Shown here: one piece after another, positions 19,906 to 30,231 of the stretch
How positions within the stretch are numbered: the first letter of the stretch is position 1
Layout of the letters: each line of letters begins with the position of its first letter
NCBI GenBank assembly: GCA_963782915.1
Contig: CAWALK010000011.1
Coordinates: forward strand, 1 to 64,000
Direction: 5' to 3'
DNA length: 64,000 nt
Source of the DNA: an uncultured archaeon
Lineage (GTDB): Archaea > Thermoproteota > Bathyarchaeia > Bathyarchaeales > Bathycorpusculaceae
Program-made: the position numbers and the translations under genes
The notes under the pieces: model-generated
The model's database searches: none
Seen by the model: only the letters and a program-made list of their open reading frames with translations
What the model was told of the DNA's origin: nothing

Positions 19906-21771
19906 ATGGCAGACAGATTAGAAAGCATGCCGTTTGAAAGCTTAGAAAGCATACTAGACAGTATACCCTCAGCAATCGTAATCGCCGATGCCAACGGCAA
20001 ATTCTTATTCGTTAACCGACGAGGCATGGAACTTTATGGATTCAACTATTCAGGCTTTGATTTAGACGAGCATTTGGGCAAAGTAAAAGCGCTAAAACCC
20101 GATGGCACACCCTATCCGCCCGAAGAAATGCCCATTTACAATTCAGTAAAACACGGAAGCGCGGTCCGAAATGTTGAAATGTCAATCGAGCGGGTCAATG
20201 GTCAACGTTTGCCAGTTATGGTGAGTTCTGCACCCCTCTTTGATGCAAAGAAAAGGGTGATTGCCGCCATCGTTATTTTCGAAGACATAACTGAACGCAA
20301 ACAAGCCGAACAGGCACTAAAAGAAAGCGAAGAACGCTACCGAGCACTCATCGACACTACCACTGATGCCATAATTGTTCATAGCATTGGGCAGATATTG
20401 TTTGCTAATCCTGCGGCACTAAACTTGTTGGGTGTGGCAACTTTCGATGAGCTTATGTGCAGGAATATTTTTGATTTTATGGTAAAAACCGAAAGAGAAG
20501 GTATTCGGGAAAGGATAACCAAAGTCACAGAAGGGCAAAAGGTGCATCCTCAAGAAGAGGAGGTTATCCGATTAGATGGAAAACGAGTCCCTGTTGAAGC
20601 TATCGGGGCACCCATCCATTTCGTTGGGCAAGAAGCAATTTTAGTGATTTTTAGGGATATATCGCTACGTAAGGAAATGAGCAAAAAACTTGCTGAATAT
20701 GCCGAGGGATTAGAAAAAGAGGTTGAAGTTCGAACCAAGGAAATAGTTGATAACCAACAGAACTTCCGCAACCTCTACGAAAGCTTCGGTGAAGCCTTCA
20801 TCGGCGTCGACTGGGAACTAAACGTTATCTACTGGAACAAGACGGCAGAGAGAGTTACAACGGTAAAAGAGAAGGATGCGTTAGGAAAAAAAGTGTATGA
20901 TGTCCTGCCTGAAATGGTGTCGATTGATTTTACTCCTTTTCTTGAGACTCTGCGGCAACAGAAACCAGCTAGGTTTATGATGAATACTGTAAGCAGAGAA
21001 ACAAAGAAGCCAGCAATTTTTGAAATTTCAACTTACCCCTCAAAACAGGGCATAATCATAATCGTTGAAGATAAAACAGAAGAGGAACAAACAAAAAGAT
21101 TATCGGCTATTGGCGCAACCGCAGGCATGGTTGGGCACGACATCCGCAATCCCCTCCAAGCCATGGTCAGCGATGTCTATTTGCTTAAGGATTATTTACT
21201 TAAAATGCCTGAGTCACAAACAAAAACCGACGTGGTAGAGAGTTTAGATGGGATCGAGAAAAACATTGGCTACATCAACAAAATAGTCGCTGACCTCCAA
21301 GACTACGCTAGACCCTTAACGCCTGAATGCACCAACGTTAACCTCTACGAGTTAGTTACAAACGTTTTTGAACCAATAGGTATCCCAGAAAACATTGCAC
21401 CCTCAATTGACATTGACACATCGTTTATACTTAAAACGGACCCAACGCTTCTGAGACGCATATTCTCCAATCTGTTTATCAACGCAATACAAGCTATGCC
21501 CAACGGCGGGAAACTTGTGGTTAGCGCCACTCAAACCAATGGTAAAGCTACCATTTGCGTCGAAGATACTGGCGTTGGGATTCCACAGGAAGTCAGGTCT
21601 AAGCTTTTTACGCCGATGATAACGACAAAGGCAAAGGGGCAAGGTTTGGGGTTAGCGGTTGTGAAGCGACTGGTGGAAGCTCTTGATGGAAGTATTAGTT
21701 TTGAAAGCGAAGTTGGCAAGGGTACTAGATTCATTATTGTTATACCCCTGAATAATCGGCAGTGCAAGTGA
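19906..21771 (+). CDS. Cytoplasmic multi-PAS sensor histidine kinase
   Basis: Three PAS domains (EDITERK, RDIS.RK), H-box GHDIRNPL, NAIQAM, DTGVGI, GQGLGL, GKGT. Confidence 0.92.
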   Translation: MADRLESMPFESLESILDSIPSAIVIADANGKFLFVNRRGMELYGFNYSGFDLDEHLGKVKALKPDGTPYPPEEMPIYNSVKHGSAVRNVEMSIERVNGQRLPVMVSSAPLFDAKKRVIAAIVIFEDITERKQAEQALKESEERYRALIDTTTDAIIVHSIGQILFANPAALNLLGVATFDELMCRNIFDFMVKTEREGIRERITKVTEGQKVHPQEEEVIRLDGKRVPVEAIGAPIHFVGQEAILVIFRDISLRKEMSKKLAEYAEGLEKEVEVRTKEIVDNQQNFRNLYESFGEAFIGVDWELNVIYWNKTAERVTTVKEKDALGKKVYDVLPEMVSIDFTPFLETLRQQKPARFMMNTVSRETKKPAIFEISTYPSKQGIIIIVEDKTEEEQTKRLSAIGATAGMVGHDIRNPLQAMVSDVYLLKDYLLKMPESQTKTDVVESLDGIEKNIGYINKIVADLQDYARPLTPECTNVNLYELVTNVFEPIGIPENIAPSIDIDTSFILKTDPTLLRRIFSNLFINAIQAMPNGGKLVVSATQTNGKATICVEDTGVGIPQEVRSKLFTPMITTKAKGQGLGLAVVKRLVEALDGSISFESEVGKGTRFIIVIPLNNRQCK

Positions 21772-21826
21772 TTAACAACTCAGCTTTTATACAGAACAAA
21801 CCGTCATATTATACACGTGAAAATGT

Positions 21827-22510
21827 GTGGATAGGGCATTTAGAAAAACTGCCGTAGCAGCAATTGCATCAGTGTTTATTCTATTTCTAATGTTATCGAC
21901 AGTTCAAGCCCAACCAACGCAAACAGTAACCACATTTACTCCATCAGACAAATTCAGTATTCCAGGCCAAAACGCCAACATTAACTTCGCATTCAACGGC
22001 TCCTACACCAAAGCAACACTCGAAAACGGCACATGGACCTTCAAAGGGTTAGTGCTCAACAACACCCAAGCCCTGCAAGCCTATGGATTTAGCGATATTC
22101 AAGGTCTGGGAAACCTTAAAATCTCCGCAGAAAACTCAAACGTCACAGTTCTAGCGCTTGTGAGTTTAAACTTTACTTTCCCAGTAGACTTGCTAACTTT
22201 TACCGTTGAGGGCTGGGGCACACAAACAGTTAACTTAGGCTTGAATTCGTCCTTGCCCACAAATGTGGCTGAATGGAGTGTGCTCACTGATGAGGGAGCT
22301 ACTTTTTTGGCTGAGGGGTCGGGCTGGAATCTGCTGCCGGATAATTCGGTGCGGATTAATGGGGGTATGGGTAATGTGACGGTGATGCATTATTCTATTA
22401 CTGACCCTGCGATGGCGAATTTGTCGTTTTTTATGCAGCACTACGTGGTTATTTTTATGGGTGTGGGGTTGGCGGTTACGGTTGCTGTGGCAGCGCTGAT
22501 AAGCTGTTAG
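21827..22510 (+). CDS. Secreted/membrane-anchored hypothetical protein
   Basis: Signal peptide, many N-x-S/T sites, C-terminal TM. Confidence 0.7.
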   Translation: MDRAFRKTAVAAIASVFILFLMLSTVQAQPTQTVTTFTPSDKFSIPGQNANINFAFNGSYTKATLENGTWTFKGLVLNNTQALQAYGFSDIQGLGNLKISAENSNVTVLALVSLNFTFPVDLLTFTVEGWGTQTVNLGLNSSLPTNVAEWSVLTDEGATFLAEGSGWNLLPDNSVRINGGMGNVTVMHYSITDPAMANLSFFMQHYVVIFMGVGLAVTVAVAALISC

Positions 22511-22594
22511 ACGTGAAGAGGAAAAACCAAGAAAGCGCTGGATTAAATTAGGCTCCTCTTTGGTTTTACAGAAAATGGGTGAAGAAATTTTACG

Positions 22595-23693
22595 TCACCG
22601 GTTTTTTCTTTTTCTAATCAGCAGATAAAGCAAAACCGGTCCACCCAAAAACGCAGTTATAGCACCCACAGGCAGCACAATCGGCGCAATCAATCGCCTA
22701 GCCACAATATCTGCAACCAACAGAAGAATTGCCCCAAAAACTGCCGAAGAAACAAGCAAGAACTCGCTCGTCTCCGCCCACAACGGTTCGGCAAATATGC
22801 GGAGCAACAAGGCAAATAAATCCGATGGCACCCGTGAAACTGACCACGGTTGCGGTGGATACACAGGCTGTAATTAGGACGATTTTTCTGGTGCGGTCCA
22901 CTTCTACGCCTAAGCTTTTTGCTGTGTCATCACCCATCTTCATCAAGTTGAGGTCCCAAGCCAATTTAACATTCACAATCATGCATACGATTAAGACGAC
23001 TAAGATGTAGGGAAGCTGCCACCAGGCGGCTCTTGACAAATCACCCACCAACCAAAACACCGTAGCGCTAACTGCGTTGGGTTCAGCAAAATACTGCAGT
23101 ATTGTGGTGCAAGCGGAGAAAATATACACCATTGCCACTCCCGCTAATATCATGGTTTCAGGTGATGCACCCTTGCGTTTCACTAACATCAAGATTACCA
23201 CGACGGGGATGAGGGAGAAAAGAAAGGCGTTGCCTATGATTAAGAATTCGCCCTCGAGTAATCCGGCGCCTAAAATGATGCCGATAGCAGCTCCCAACCC
23301 CGCTCCTGCCGAAACACCCAAAGTGAAGGGGGTTGCGATGGAATTTCTCAAGGTTGCCTGTGTTGTGCAACCGCCCATAGCTAATGCGGCTCCGGCAAAA
23401 ATTGCTAAAAGAATACGGGGTAACCTCAAGTTCCAGACTACTGTATCTGCAAGTGAACTGGCGTGGAACCAATCTGGAAAAGCCTTGGCGAATACTGCCG
23501 CATAAGCGTCTAGAAAAGACATGTTTGCTGAGCCTAAAGATAATGCTAGGCCGGCTATAACGAGAAGTAGAACAACACAGAAACCTATGAACAGCCCCCT
23601 TTTAGCGGTTAGTTTTCGATACTTTTTCTTTTCGTCTTCAACAGTGCTTTTTTCTGGTTTGGGTTGAGGGTTTATTTGTTTGTTGTCCACCAT
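22595..23693 (-). CDS. FecCD/BtuC-family ABC permease, frameshift near 22765
   Basis: LRLPRILLA, PFTLGVSAGAG, AKSLGV, GAIGFICLVAPHI; second frame LLLVADIVAR..LPVGAITAFLGGP. Confidence 0.88.
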
Positions 23694-24466
23694 ATCGTTG
23701 CTGCCTTCCTTTTACGGTTGTACCACAATTTTCCTTTCTCTACTACCAAGTTTTCATGGAGGTATTCTCTGAGTTTATCGTTCTTTTCCGCTGGGATATG
23801 ATGCATGTTAGAGCATTTTGAAACGGCATCCTCCAAATCCGCATAACGTTGCTTAAGCTCAAATTCTTCAATCTCTACGTTGGCAAGTATTCCAGCGTCA
23901 TGTAGAATATTGTAAATGAAAATGAAATCTGACCATGGACTTGAACTGCCATGGACTGCTTTTTGTAAGCCTTCATCTATCCACGGCGACGCTGACAAGA
24001 AAAGGTAAACCCTCTTGGAGGCTAACGCATTCATCTTCATCAGTGCGCTCTTGATGTCAAACATGAAAAGTGAGAATGAAGCAACTACCAAATCATATGA
24101 GGTGTTTGCGTCTAAGTCTTCTAGAGATTTGTTAATGTAATGTATGTTGAAGATTTGCTGCTTTGTCGCATTATCCTTGAGGATTGCGAGCATTTTTTCT
24201 GCGGGTTCTAAAGCGGTGACATGCTTGGCACGTTTAGCTATGGGTAATGTCATGCGTCCTGTGCCAGCGCCCACGTCAAGAACCGTAAATTCACTGGAAG
24301 GAGGCAGCTTCTTTAGCTGTTTTTTTGTTAGTTCAGCCCATTGTGCCATGTTTTCATTGACTGCGATAGCTTCTTTGTCCCAATAACTTGGGTTATAAAG
24401 CTCAATTCTTTGTGTAGCTAGCAGTACATTTTGCCTGAGCTGAGACCAATCGATAACACTTGCCAT
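23672..24466 (-). CDS. Class I SAM-dependent methyltransferase
   Basis: VLDVGAGTG, VTALEP and YDLVVAS motifs. Confidence 0.88.
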   Translation of the reverse strand: MASVIDWSQLRQNVLLATQRIELYNPSYWDKEAIAVNENMAQWAELTKKQLKKLPPSSEFTVLDVGAGTGRMTLPIAKRAKHVTALEPAEKMLAILKDNATKQQIFNIHYINKSLEDLDANTSYDLVVASFSLFMFDIKSALMKMNALASKRVYLFLSASPWIDEGLQKAVHGSSSPWSDFIFIYNILHDAGILANVEIEEFELKQRYADLEDAVSKCSNMHHIPAEKNDKLREYLHENLVVEKGKLWYNRKRKAATIWWTTNK

Positions 24467-24548
24467 CTTAGAACCAACTTTTCGAGTTACTGTTTAGTGC
24501 AAATTAAAAAAAATAAAGGGGAAAAAAGATGCGTTCATGTGGCATTTC

Positions 24549-26075
24549 TTAGCTTCCTCCGTTGGGTATGCCTACAGTGTCGCCGTTAACGGTTATTGCT
24601 GGGTATAGGAAGACGCCGTTTGTATCCATGTTGTAGTTTAGCCGCAGGAATCTTGTCATGTATTCTTGGTGGATTGCTTGGGGATTTAGTTCTGTGAAGA
24701 CATCAGGGTAGAGTACCTTTGCCATATAGACTGCACCTAAAGTGCCGCCCATTGCGTTGTTTCTGAAGTCGCCCGCGATTAAGTAGACATGATTGTTTTT
24801 GATTGCTTTAAGGTTAGCAAATGCTGGTTGGGACACGTATTGCTGCAAAACGTTCTTCATTCCAGTTGGGTCAGTGGCGTCTATGCCTTGCGCTGGCTCA
24901 TTTGAACCTCCACCATAGGTGTATCTTACTGTATGTAGGAAAATGTAGTCTGGGTCTTGTGAAACAATCGATTCAGTGTCAGGTGTTATTGAGAAAGCAG
25001 TGGAACCAGCGGGCGCTTGGAAAATGTTTACACCGCCAGCTAAGATACACGCTTGCCCTAAAGTATCAAGTGCTATGTATGCTCTTGTGCTGCCAAGGGT
25101 CGGGCTGTTGGTGAGTAATACTGTTTGTCGCTGGTTTTCTGGGATTGTGTTCACTTTGGCGTTGATGGTCGAGGTTAAGTTGAGTATCCAGTTTGCGTAT
25201 TCTGTTGCTCTTGGAACTTTGTCAAAGATGTAGCCTGCTTTCAGTATGCCTTGGATGAATCTGGAGTCTTCAGGTTTGGTAACGTTTGGGTTGTATAATC
25301 CTAAGAATACCACATCGACGCCGGGTAACTTGGAGGCTTTTTCAGCTATGGCGCCTGTGAAAGTCAGTAGTATTGTTGGGTGAAGGTTAAGGACTGCTTC
25401 GTAGTCTGGGCTGCTCATTCCGCCGACAGAGGTTATGCTAGCAGCATTCTCTGGGAAGAATAGCGATTTTACTGGGTCAACGCCGGAATCGACGCCGACA
25501 ACGAGGTTTTCTATTCCAAGTATCCGTACAAGCTCGGTGTTTTGGTTGTATTCTACCACTATTCTATTTGACGGTAGAGAGACCGAAATGTTCTGTTTGT
25601 TACCATCCAGCAAGTAGATTTTTGAGGCTTGACCAGTTAGGAGTGCATGGATTTGGTTCGCATCTTCTATATCTATTACACCATCGTGGTTTGCATCTGA
25701 GAACTGGGTACTATTTTCGGTTCCAGCAATTATCTTGTTAACGTAATCTACATCGCTTGCATCGACTTTATCATCCAAGTTAGCATTGCCATAAATTTCT
25801 AGGACTATATTCATCGCAGCTACGGTTGTTGGTTGAGTAGTTGGCGCTGGAGTTGGTGCCGGCGTTGCGGTTGGGTGAACTGTGGCTGTTGGGTGGGTTG
25901 TTGTGGTAGGTTGCACTGTTGGGGTTATGGTTGGTTGAGGGGTTGTTGTTGGTTGTGGTGTTGGTGTTGCTTGGGGGGTTGTTGGTTGGAACCAATTTTG
26001 GCTGTATCCTATTACGGCTGAGGAGAGAACAACTATTGTTACCAAAAATATTGCTGCTATTGTTAGTGTTTTCAT
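24549..26075 (-). CDS. Metal-chelate/cobalamin-type ABC substrate-binding protein with Thr/Pro linker and dockerin-like domain
   Basis: TM, PT-rich linker, GNANLDDKVDASD...DANHDGVIDIED EF-hand-like pair, RIVV, PDYEAVL, AIKNNHVY. Confidence 0.85.
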   Translation of the reverse strand: MKTLTIAAIFLVTIVVLSSAVIGYSQNWFQPTTPQATPTPQPTTTPQPTITPTVQPTTTTHPTATVHPTATPAPTPAPTTQPTTVAAMNIVLEIYGNANLDDKVDASDVDYVNKIIAGTENSTQFSDANHDGVIDIEDANQIHALLTGQASKIYLLDGNKQNISVSLPSNRIVVEYNQNTELVRILGIENLVVGVDSGVDPVKSLFFPENAASITSVGGMSSPDYEAVLNLHPTILLTFTGAIAEKASKLPGVDVVFLGLYNPNVTKPEDSRFIQGILKAGYIFDKVPRATEYANWILNLTSTINAKVNTIPENQRQTVLLTNSPTLGSTRAYIALDTLGQACILAGGVNIFQAPAGSTAFSITPDTESIVSQDPDYIFLHTVRYTYGGGSNEPAQGIDATDPTGMKNVLQQYVSQPAFANLKAIKNNHVYLIAGDFRNNAMGGTLGAVYMAKVLYPDVFTELNPQAIHQEYMTRFLRLNYNMDTNGVFLYPAITVNGDTVGIPNGGS

Positions 26076-26087
26076 ATTCAGGTCACA

Positions 26088-26115
26088 GTATTACGTTTTT
26101 GTAAAAACGTAATAC
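26088..26115. promoter_or_regulatory. NikR-type operator (perfect 13-bp inverted repeat)
   Basis: GTATTACGTTTTT-GT-AAAAACGTAATAC; 6-16-6 geometry like the E. coli NikR site GTATGA-N16-TCATAC. Confidence 0.75.
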
Positions 26116-26124
26116 TTATAGATT

Positions 26125-26152
26125 GTGCTACGTTTTTTAAAAAAAGTAACAC
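26125..26152. promoter_or_regulatory. Second NikR-type operator
   Basis: GTGCTA-N16-TAACAC. Confidence 0.6.
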
Positions 26153-26195
26153 TCAAATACGTCAAAAACGACTACCTCCTAATCGAGGCACCAGT

Positions 26196-26969
26196 ATGAA
26201 CATAACCGTACAAGACGTAACTTTCTGCTACCGTAGCACTCCAACATTACTCGGAGCAACCTTAGAGCTTAAAGACTCAGAAGTCCTCGGGCTAATAGGC
26301 CCTAACGGTTCAGGAAAAACCACCCTGCTCAAGTGCCTAAACAAAATACTCGAGCCAAAACAAGGTGAAATAATGCTCGACGGTCAGGCCATAAAGAATA
26401 TGAGTCGTCTCGAAGTCGCTAAACAAATAGGATACGTGCCACAAAGCTCCCTAAATGACCCCGAAGGGCTCACAGTTTTCGAAATCGTTTTAATGGGCAG
26501 GAGACCGCACATAAGCTGGCAGAGCAGTGAAAAAGACAGTGAGAAAGTATGGGCTGCTTTGAAAGCCTTAAACATAGAATGCATCGCGTTGCGTAATTTT
26601 TTTGAACTCAGCGGTGGTGAACAACAAAGAGTTCTTATTGCAAGGTCTTTAGCGCAAGAAGCCACAGTTCTCTTGCTAGATGAACCGACGAGCAATCTGG
26701 ACATTAGGCACCAATTAGAGGTTATGGATTTAACCAGAAAGTTAGTTTCAAGTCAAAAGCTTTCTGCAGCAATCGCAATTCATGATTTAAACCTTGCAGC
26801 TCGGTTTTGTGATAGAATTGTGATGATGCGAGGCGGCAAAATATTCGCTACAGGCAATGCTTCTTCGGTATTAACTACCGAAAATATAAGAGTGGTTTAT
26901 GGGGTTGAAGTTGAGATAAATTATAGCAAAAACAACCCATACATAATACCATTAACACCCGTTAACTGA
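26196..26969 (+). CDS. FecE/BtuD-family ABC ATP-binding protein
   Basis: GPNGSGKTT, LSGGEQQRV, LLLDEPTSNLD, HDLNLA. Confidence 0.92.
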   Translation: MNITVQDVTFCYRSTPTLLGATLELKDSEVLGLIGPNGSGKTTLLKCLNKILEPKQGEIMLDGQAIKNMSRLEVAKQIGYVPQSSLNDPEGLTVFEIVLMGRRPHISWQSSEKDSEKVWAALKALNIECIALRNFFELSGGEQQRVLIARSLAQEATVLLLDEPTSNLDIRHQLEVMDLTRKLVSSQKLSAAIAIHDLNLAARFCDRIVMMRGGKIFATGNASSVLTTENIRVVYGVEVEINYSKNNPYIIPLTPVN

Positions 26970-26974
26970 TTTTG

Positions 26975-27385
26975 TTATACTGTTGCTATTATTGTTTTTA
27001 CCAGTTTTACGCCCCGTCTTGTTGCCAATTCATCGCTCAGGGTTTTAATCTCTGACACCTTGCCTTTTATTGCGATGATTTCTAGGCAGTCGTTTGGGTT
27101 GATGTGGATGTGCATTGAGGATGTTATTAGTGATTTGTGGTGGTGTTGGGATTGGGTTAATTCGGTGTCTAAATCTCGGGTTGTATGGTTATAGGTCATT
27201 AGTATGATGCCAGTGTGTTGGGTGCTGTCGTCTTGTTGTATCCATTTTCTTTCTGTGACGAAGAGTATTACTGCGTCTTGAATGGCTTTGCTTCGGCTTT
27301 CGTAGCCCATTTTTGTTGTTATTTCGTCGAAGTCTTTGAGTAGTTGGGGTGGGAAGGTTACGCCGAAGCGGGTTATTTTGGCCAT
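26975..27385 (-). CDS. nikR: Nickel-responsive regulator NikR
   Basis: MAKITRFGVTF, GYESRSKAIQDA, QH...SSMHIHI...CLEII; ATG at 27385. Confidence 0.88.
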   Translation of the reverse strand: MAKITRFGVTFPPQLLKDFDEITTKMGYESRSKAIQDAVILFVTERKWIQQDDSTQHTGIILMTYNHTTRDLDTELTQSQHHHKSLITSSMHIHINPNDCLEIIAIKGKVSEIKTLSDELATRRGVKLVKTIIATV

Positions 27386-27486
27386 GTTATTGGTGCCTCG
27401 TGGGTGGTTGTTTTTGTGTTGGGTGGGGGGTTTGTTTTTTGTTTTGGGTTTGTTTGGTTGTTTTTCATGTTTCCGCTCCACACCCA

Positions 27487-27514
27487 GTGTTACTTTTATG
27501 TAGAAAAGTAATAC
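27487..27514. promoter_or_regulatory. NikR-type operator upstream of nikR (autoregulation)
   Basis: GTGTTACTTTT-N6-AAAAGTAATAC, i.e. GTGTTA-N16-TAATAC. Confidence 0.65.
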
Positions 27515-27862
27515 TTATATTTAAGTAACACCTTTTAAGATAAACGTGCTACCATAAGCACAGTGCAGAAACCCATTGACACGCCCCGAGCGTGAGAGCC
27601 AAGAAACCTTTTGGCCGGCTGTAAACGACCAAAACCCCCAAGGCGATTAGGGAAACCCACTACTTTTAAAATCCCTAATCGGGCCATCTTGGCCACAATT
27701 TCTTAAAAACACCGCCTGATCCCAAAAGTGACTTCGCCAAGTTGCAGACTGAACCCCTGCAAACGCACGGTATTGGCAAGCCAACCTCAACAAACGTTGC
27801 TTTTGCATAGTGCATACTCAATGAATGAACGTTCCCCCAATTAGTTGGGTTGCGTTTGTTAT

Positions 27863-28077
27863 TCTATATAGGGGAGGGGGGCCTTGGCAAAGCAACAGAG
27901 CCCCGAACACCCTAAACCGGCTGAGCCCAAAAAACAGCCGCCTAGTAACACAACAGTTCCCCTAGCAAACGCTGCTTACCCTAACCATTAAACCAATGAA
28001 CGCCCACACCAAAAACACAAAATCCGACAAGTGTTTAGCCTGTAAATAGAGGGGGGTAGGTAAAGAATCGCACAAGA
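27863..28077 (-). repeat. Dispersed bipartite non-coding element, copy 1
   Basis: Reverse strand reads CCTACCCCCCTCTATTTACAGGCTAAACA ... CTCTGTTGCTTTGCCAAGGCCCCCCTCCCCTATATAGA. Confidence 0.75.
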
Positions 28078-28251
28078 CCAGCGTGACTTCAAACATAGCG
28101 AGTTAAGGGCACAGTTTTTCTTAAACAATCCAACCGCTCCTGCTTCTGTTGCTAAAATGCTCACCCAGAAGCCTACAACATACACCGATAATCAGTTCCT
28201 GAATCTTGAAACTCTTATATACACCAGTTGATAATTTCTCTTTTGAGATTC

Positions 28252-28560
28252 ATGGCTGAAGTTTGTTCAACATGCGGATTACCAAAGGACCTATGCGTTT
28301 GTGGAGAAATAGAGAAAGAACAACAACGTATTCGCATACGCCTTGAAACCAGAAAATTCGGTAAAGCAACCACCATTATTGACGGCATGGACGATAAAAA
28401 CTCGAACATGCAAGCTATCGCACAAAAACTGAAAACCTACTGCGCATGTGGCGGAACCCACAAAAACGGGCAAATCATGCTCCAAGGCGACCACCGCGAC
28501 CGCGTGAAAGAATTCTTGATTAAAGCAGGCTATCCACAAGAAAACATCGAGCTCCAATAA
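28252..28560 (+). CDS. sui1: Translation initiation factor aIF1/SUI1
   Basis: MAEVCSTCGLPKDLCVC, RKFGK, LKTYCACGGT, LQGDHRDRV. Confidence 0.95.
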   Translation: MAEVCSTCGLPKDLCVCGEIEKEQQRIRIRLETRKFGKATTIIDGMDDKNSNMQAIAQKLKTYCACGGTHKNGQIMLQGDHRDRVKEFLIKAGYPQENIELQ

Positions 28561-28602
28561 GCAACCGCAAAGCTAACAGTAAGACAGGTGTAGTCTTCGC
28601 CG

Positions 28603-28893
28603 ATGAAAAAACTAGATGGCTTCCGCGATATTTTCAAGAATACAAAACACAGGAAACCGACCCAAATTTTTTGTCCCCGATGCTGCAGCCCAAAAATCCA
28701 GCTGAACAGTAGTTTGGATGTTTGGTTGACGCCTAAATCGTATTATTGCCCCGAATGTGGCTACCATGGCATACTTGTTATGGAATTGGAACCTGAAAAA
28801 GAAGGGGACACATCAAAAGAAGCCCCAACTGAAGAATCCAGCCAAAATGAGAACGTAACAAAAGAAAAAGAAGAAACAAGCCCCAAAGCTTGA
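28603..28893 (+). CDS. Zinc-ribbon protein
   Basis: CPRCCS...YYCPECGY; acidic tail. Confidence 0.7.
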   Translation: MKKLDGFRDIFKNTKHRKPTQIFCPRCCSPKIQLNSSLDVWLTPKSYYCPECGYHGILVMELEPEKEGDTSKEAPTEESSQNENVTKEKEETSPKA

Positions 28894-28925
28894 TACAATT
28901 AAATTAAAGAAAAGAATAGGATGCC

Positions 28926-29870
28926 CTAATCGGGCAACTCAAGATTCAGTTGTTTCTTGAGGGTTTTGTAGCGGTTTCTTACTGTAACTTCAGTTACACC
29001 TGCGGCTTCAGCGATGTCTTTCTGAGTCTTTTTCTCATTATTCTGCAAGCATGCGATGTAGAGGGCGGCAGCAGCTAAACCCATCGGGTCTTTTCCTGCA
29101 GCAGCACGTTTACGCCTTGCTTCACGCAGAATCGCGATTGCGGCACCCTGAGTTTTTCCTGAGATACCTGTTTTCTCTGCAATCTTTGACACATAGGTCA
29201 ATGGGTCAGCAATCGGCATGTGGACTTCGAGTTCTCGGAGCAGTAGCCTGTAGCATCTTGCAACGTCTTTTTTGTCAACTAAGCTGGCTTCAGCGATTTC
29301 ACGCAGTGTTCTTGGGGTTCCGCTTCCACGGCAAGCAGCATACAACGCGGCAGCAGCGATGGCAGCGATTGAGCGTCCACGGACTAAGCCTTTGTCGAGG
29401 GCTTTTCTGTAGACGACGGCTGCTTTTTCTTTGATTGGCGGTGGAATGTAGACTTTATCAGATAAGCGGTCGAGTTCAGCCATGGCTTGAGCTAAGTTGC
29501 GGTCGACGGATGAGTGGACACGGCTTCTGATTTGCCATTTGCGAAGGCGCCACATTTGCAACCTTGTGGATAGAGGAAGTTTTCTGCCAAACGCGTCGCG
29601 GTCAACTTGGCTGATAGCGGTGGATAAGCCTTTGTCGTGAACGGAGTAGGATGTTGGGACACCAACACGGCTTCTGGAGGCTTTTTCTTCTTGAGTGAAC
29701 GCACGCCATTCAGGGCCTTTATCCATCATCTGTTCATAGCAGACTAAACCGCAGTCGCCGCAAACAGTTTCGCCAGTATCGTAATCGTGAATAAGGTTTA
29801 CGCCGCCGCATTCTGGGCACTTGTCAGACTGACGTTGGGTTGTTTTCGGTGCTTCCTTTTTTATGCTCAA
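28926..29870 (-). CDS. tfb: Transcription initiation factor TFB
   Basis: CPECG..VCGDCG zinc ribbon, GPEWRAF B-finger, two cyclin repeats, VTEVTVRNRYK. Confidence 0.97.
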   Translation of the reverse strand: MSIKKEAPKTTQRQSDKCPECGGVNLIHDYDTGETVCGDCGLVCYEQMMDKGPEWRAFTQEEKASRSRVGVPTSYSVHDKGLSTAISQVDRDAFGRKLPLSTRLQMWRLRKWQIRSRVHSSVDRNLAQAMAELDRLSDKVYIPPPIKEKAAVVYRKALDKGLVRGRSIAAIAAAALYAACRGSGTPRTLREIAEASLVDKKDVARCYRLLLRELEVHMPIADPLTYVSKIAEKTGISGKTQGAAIAILREARRKRAAAGKDPMGLAAAALYIACLQNNEKKTQKDIAEAAGVTEVTVRNRYKTLKKQLNLELPD

Positions 29871-30231
29871 TTCTTATACCTCTGTTGATATGCGTAGAAC
29901 CGTCACCATAGGCCAATCTGGCTAGAAATAGTACATTCGGCCCGCGCAGACTCATTTGATGAACGGATTTAATATTTAAGCGTTGTGGTTTAATAAACTT
30001 ATTGCACACGAGGCTTTAGAATTCCCCATACATCCAATTTTAAGGTTACGGTAAATAACATAGAAATGTGTAAAACCGCCATGGGAAGCATGGAGTTTTA
30101 TCGAAAGATAACACAATAAGGAGGCAAACCATCAATACCCCAAACTGCAACAAAAAGCAAACTCTTCCGATAGCCAAGTTTTCCGCAAGAGTTAATTTCA
30201 TAAAACACCAATATGACGCAGTTGGGACCCA

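Noticed and set aside
25840-25990. Short tandem-like GTTG/GGTT repeats (also 37850-38040 and 36690-36850)
   Set aside because: They encode Thr/Pro linkers of surface proteins; not CRISPR or VNTR arrays
27520-28230. Possible replication origin in the long intergenic gap (G-strings)
   Set aside because: No TTCCA-N-TGGAAAC-type ORB core and no cdc6/orc1 nearby; the G-strings belong to the dispersed element
29871-29980. TGATGA box-C-like motif and possible structured leader upstream of tfb
   Set aside because: No matching CTGA box D at a suitable distance; evidence insufficient for an sRNA
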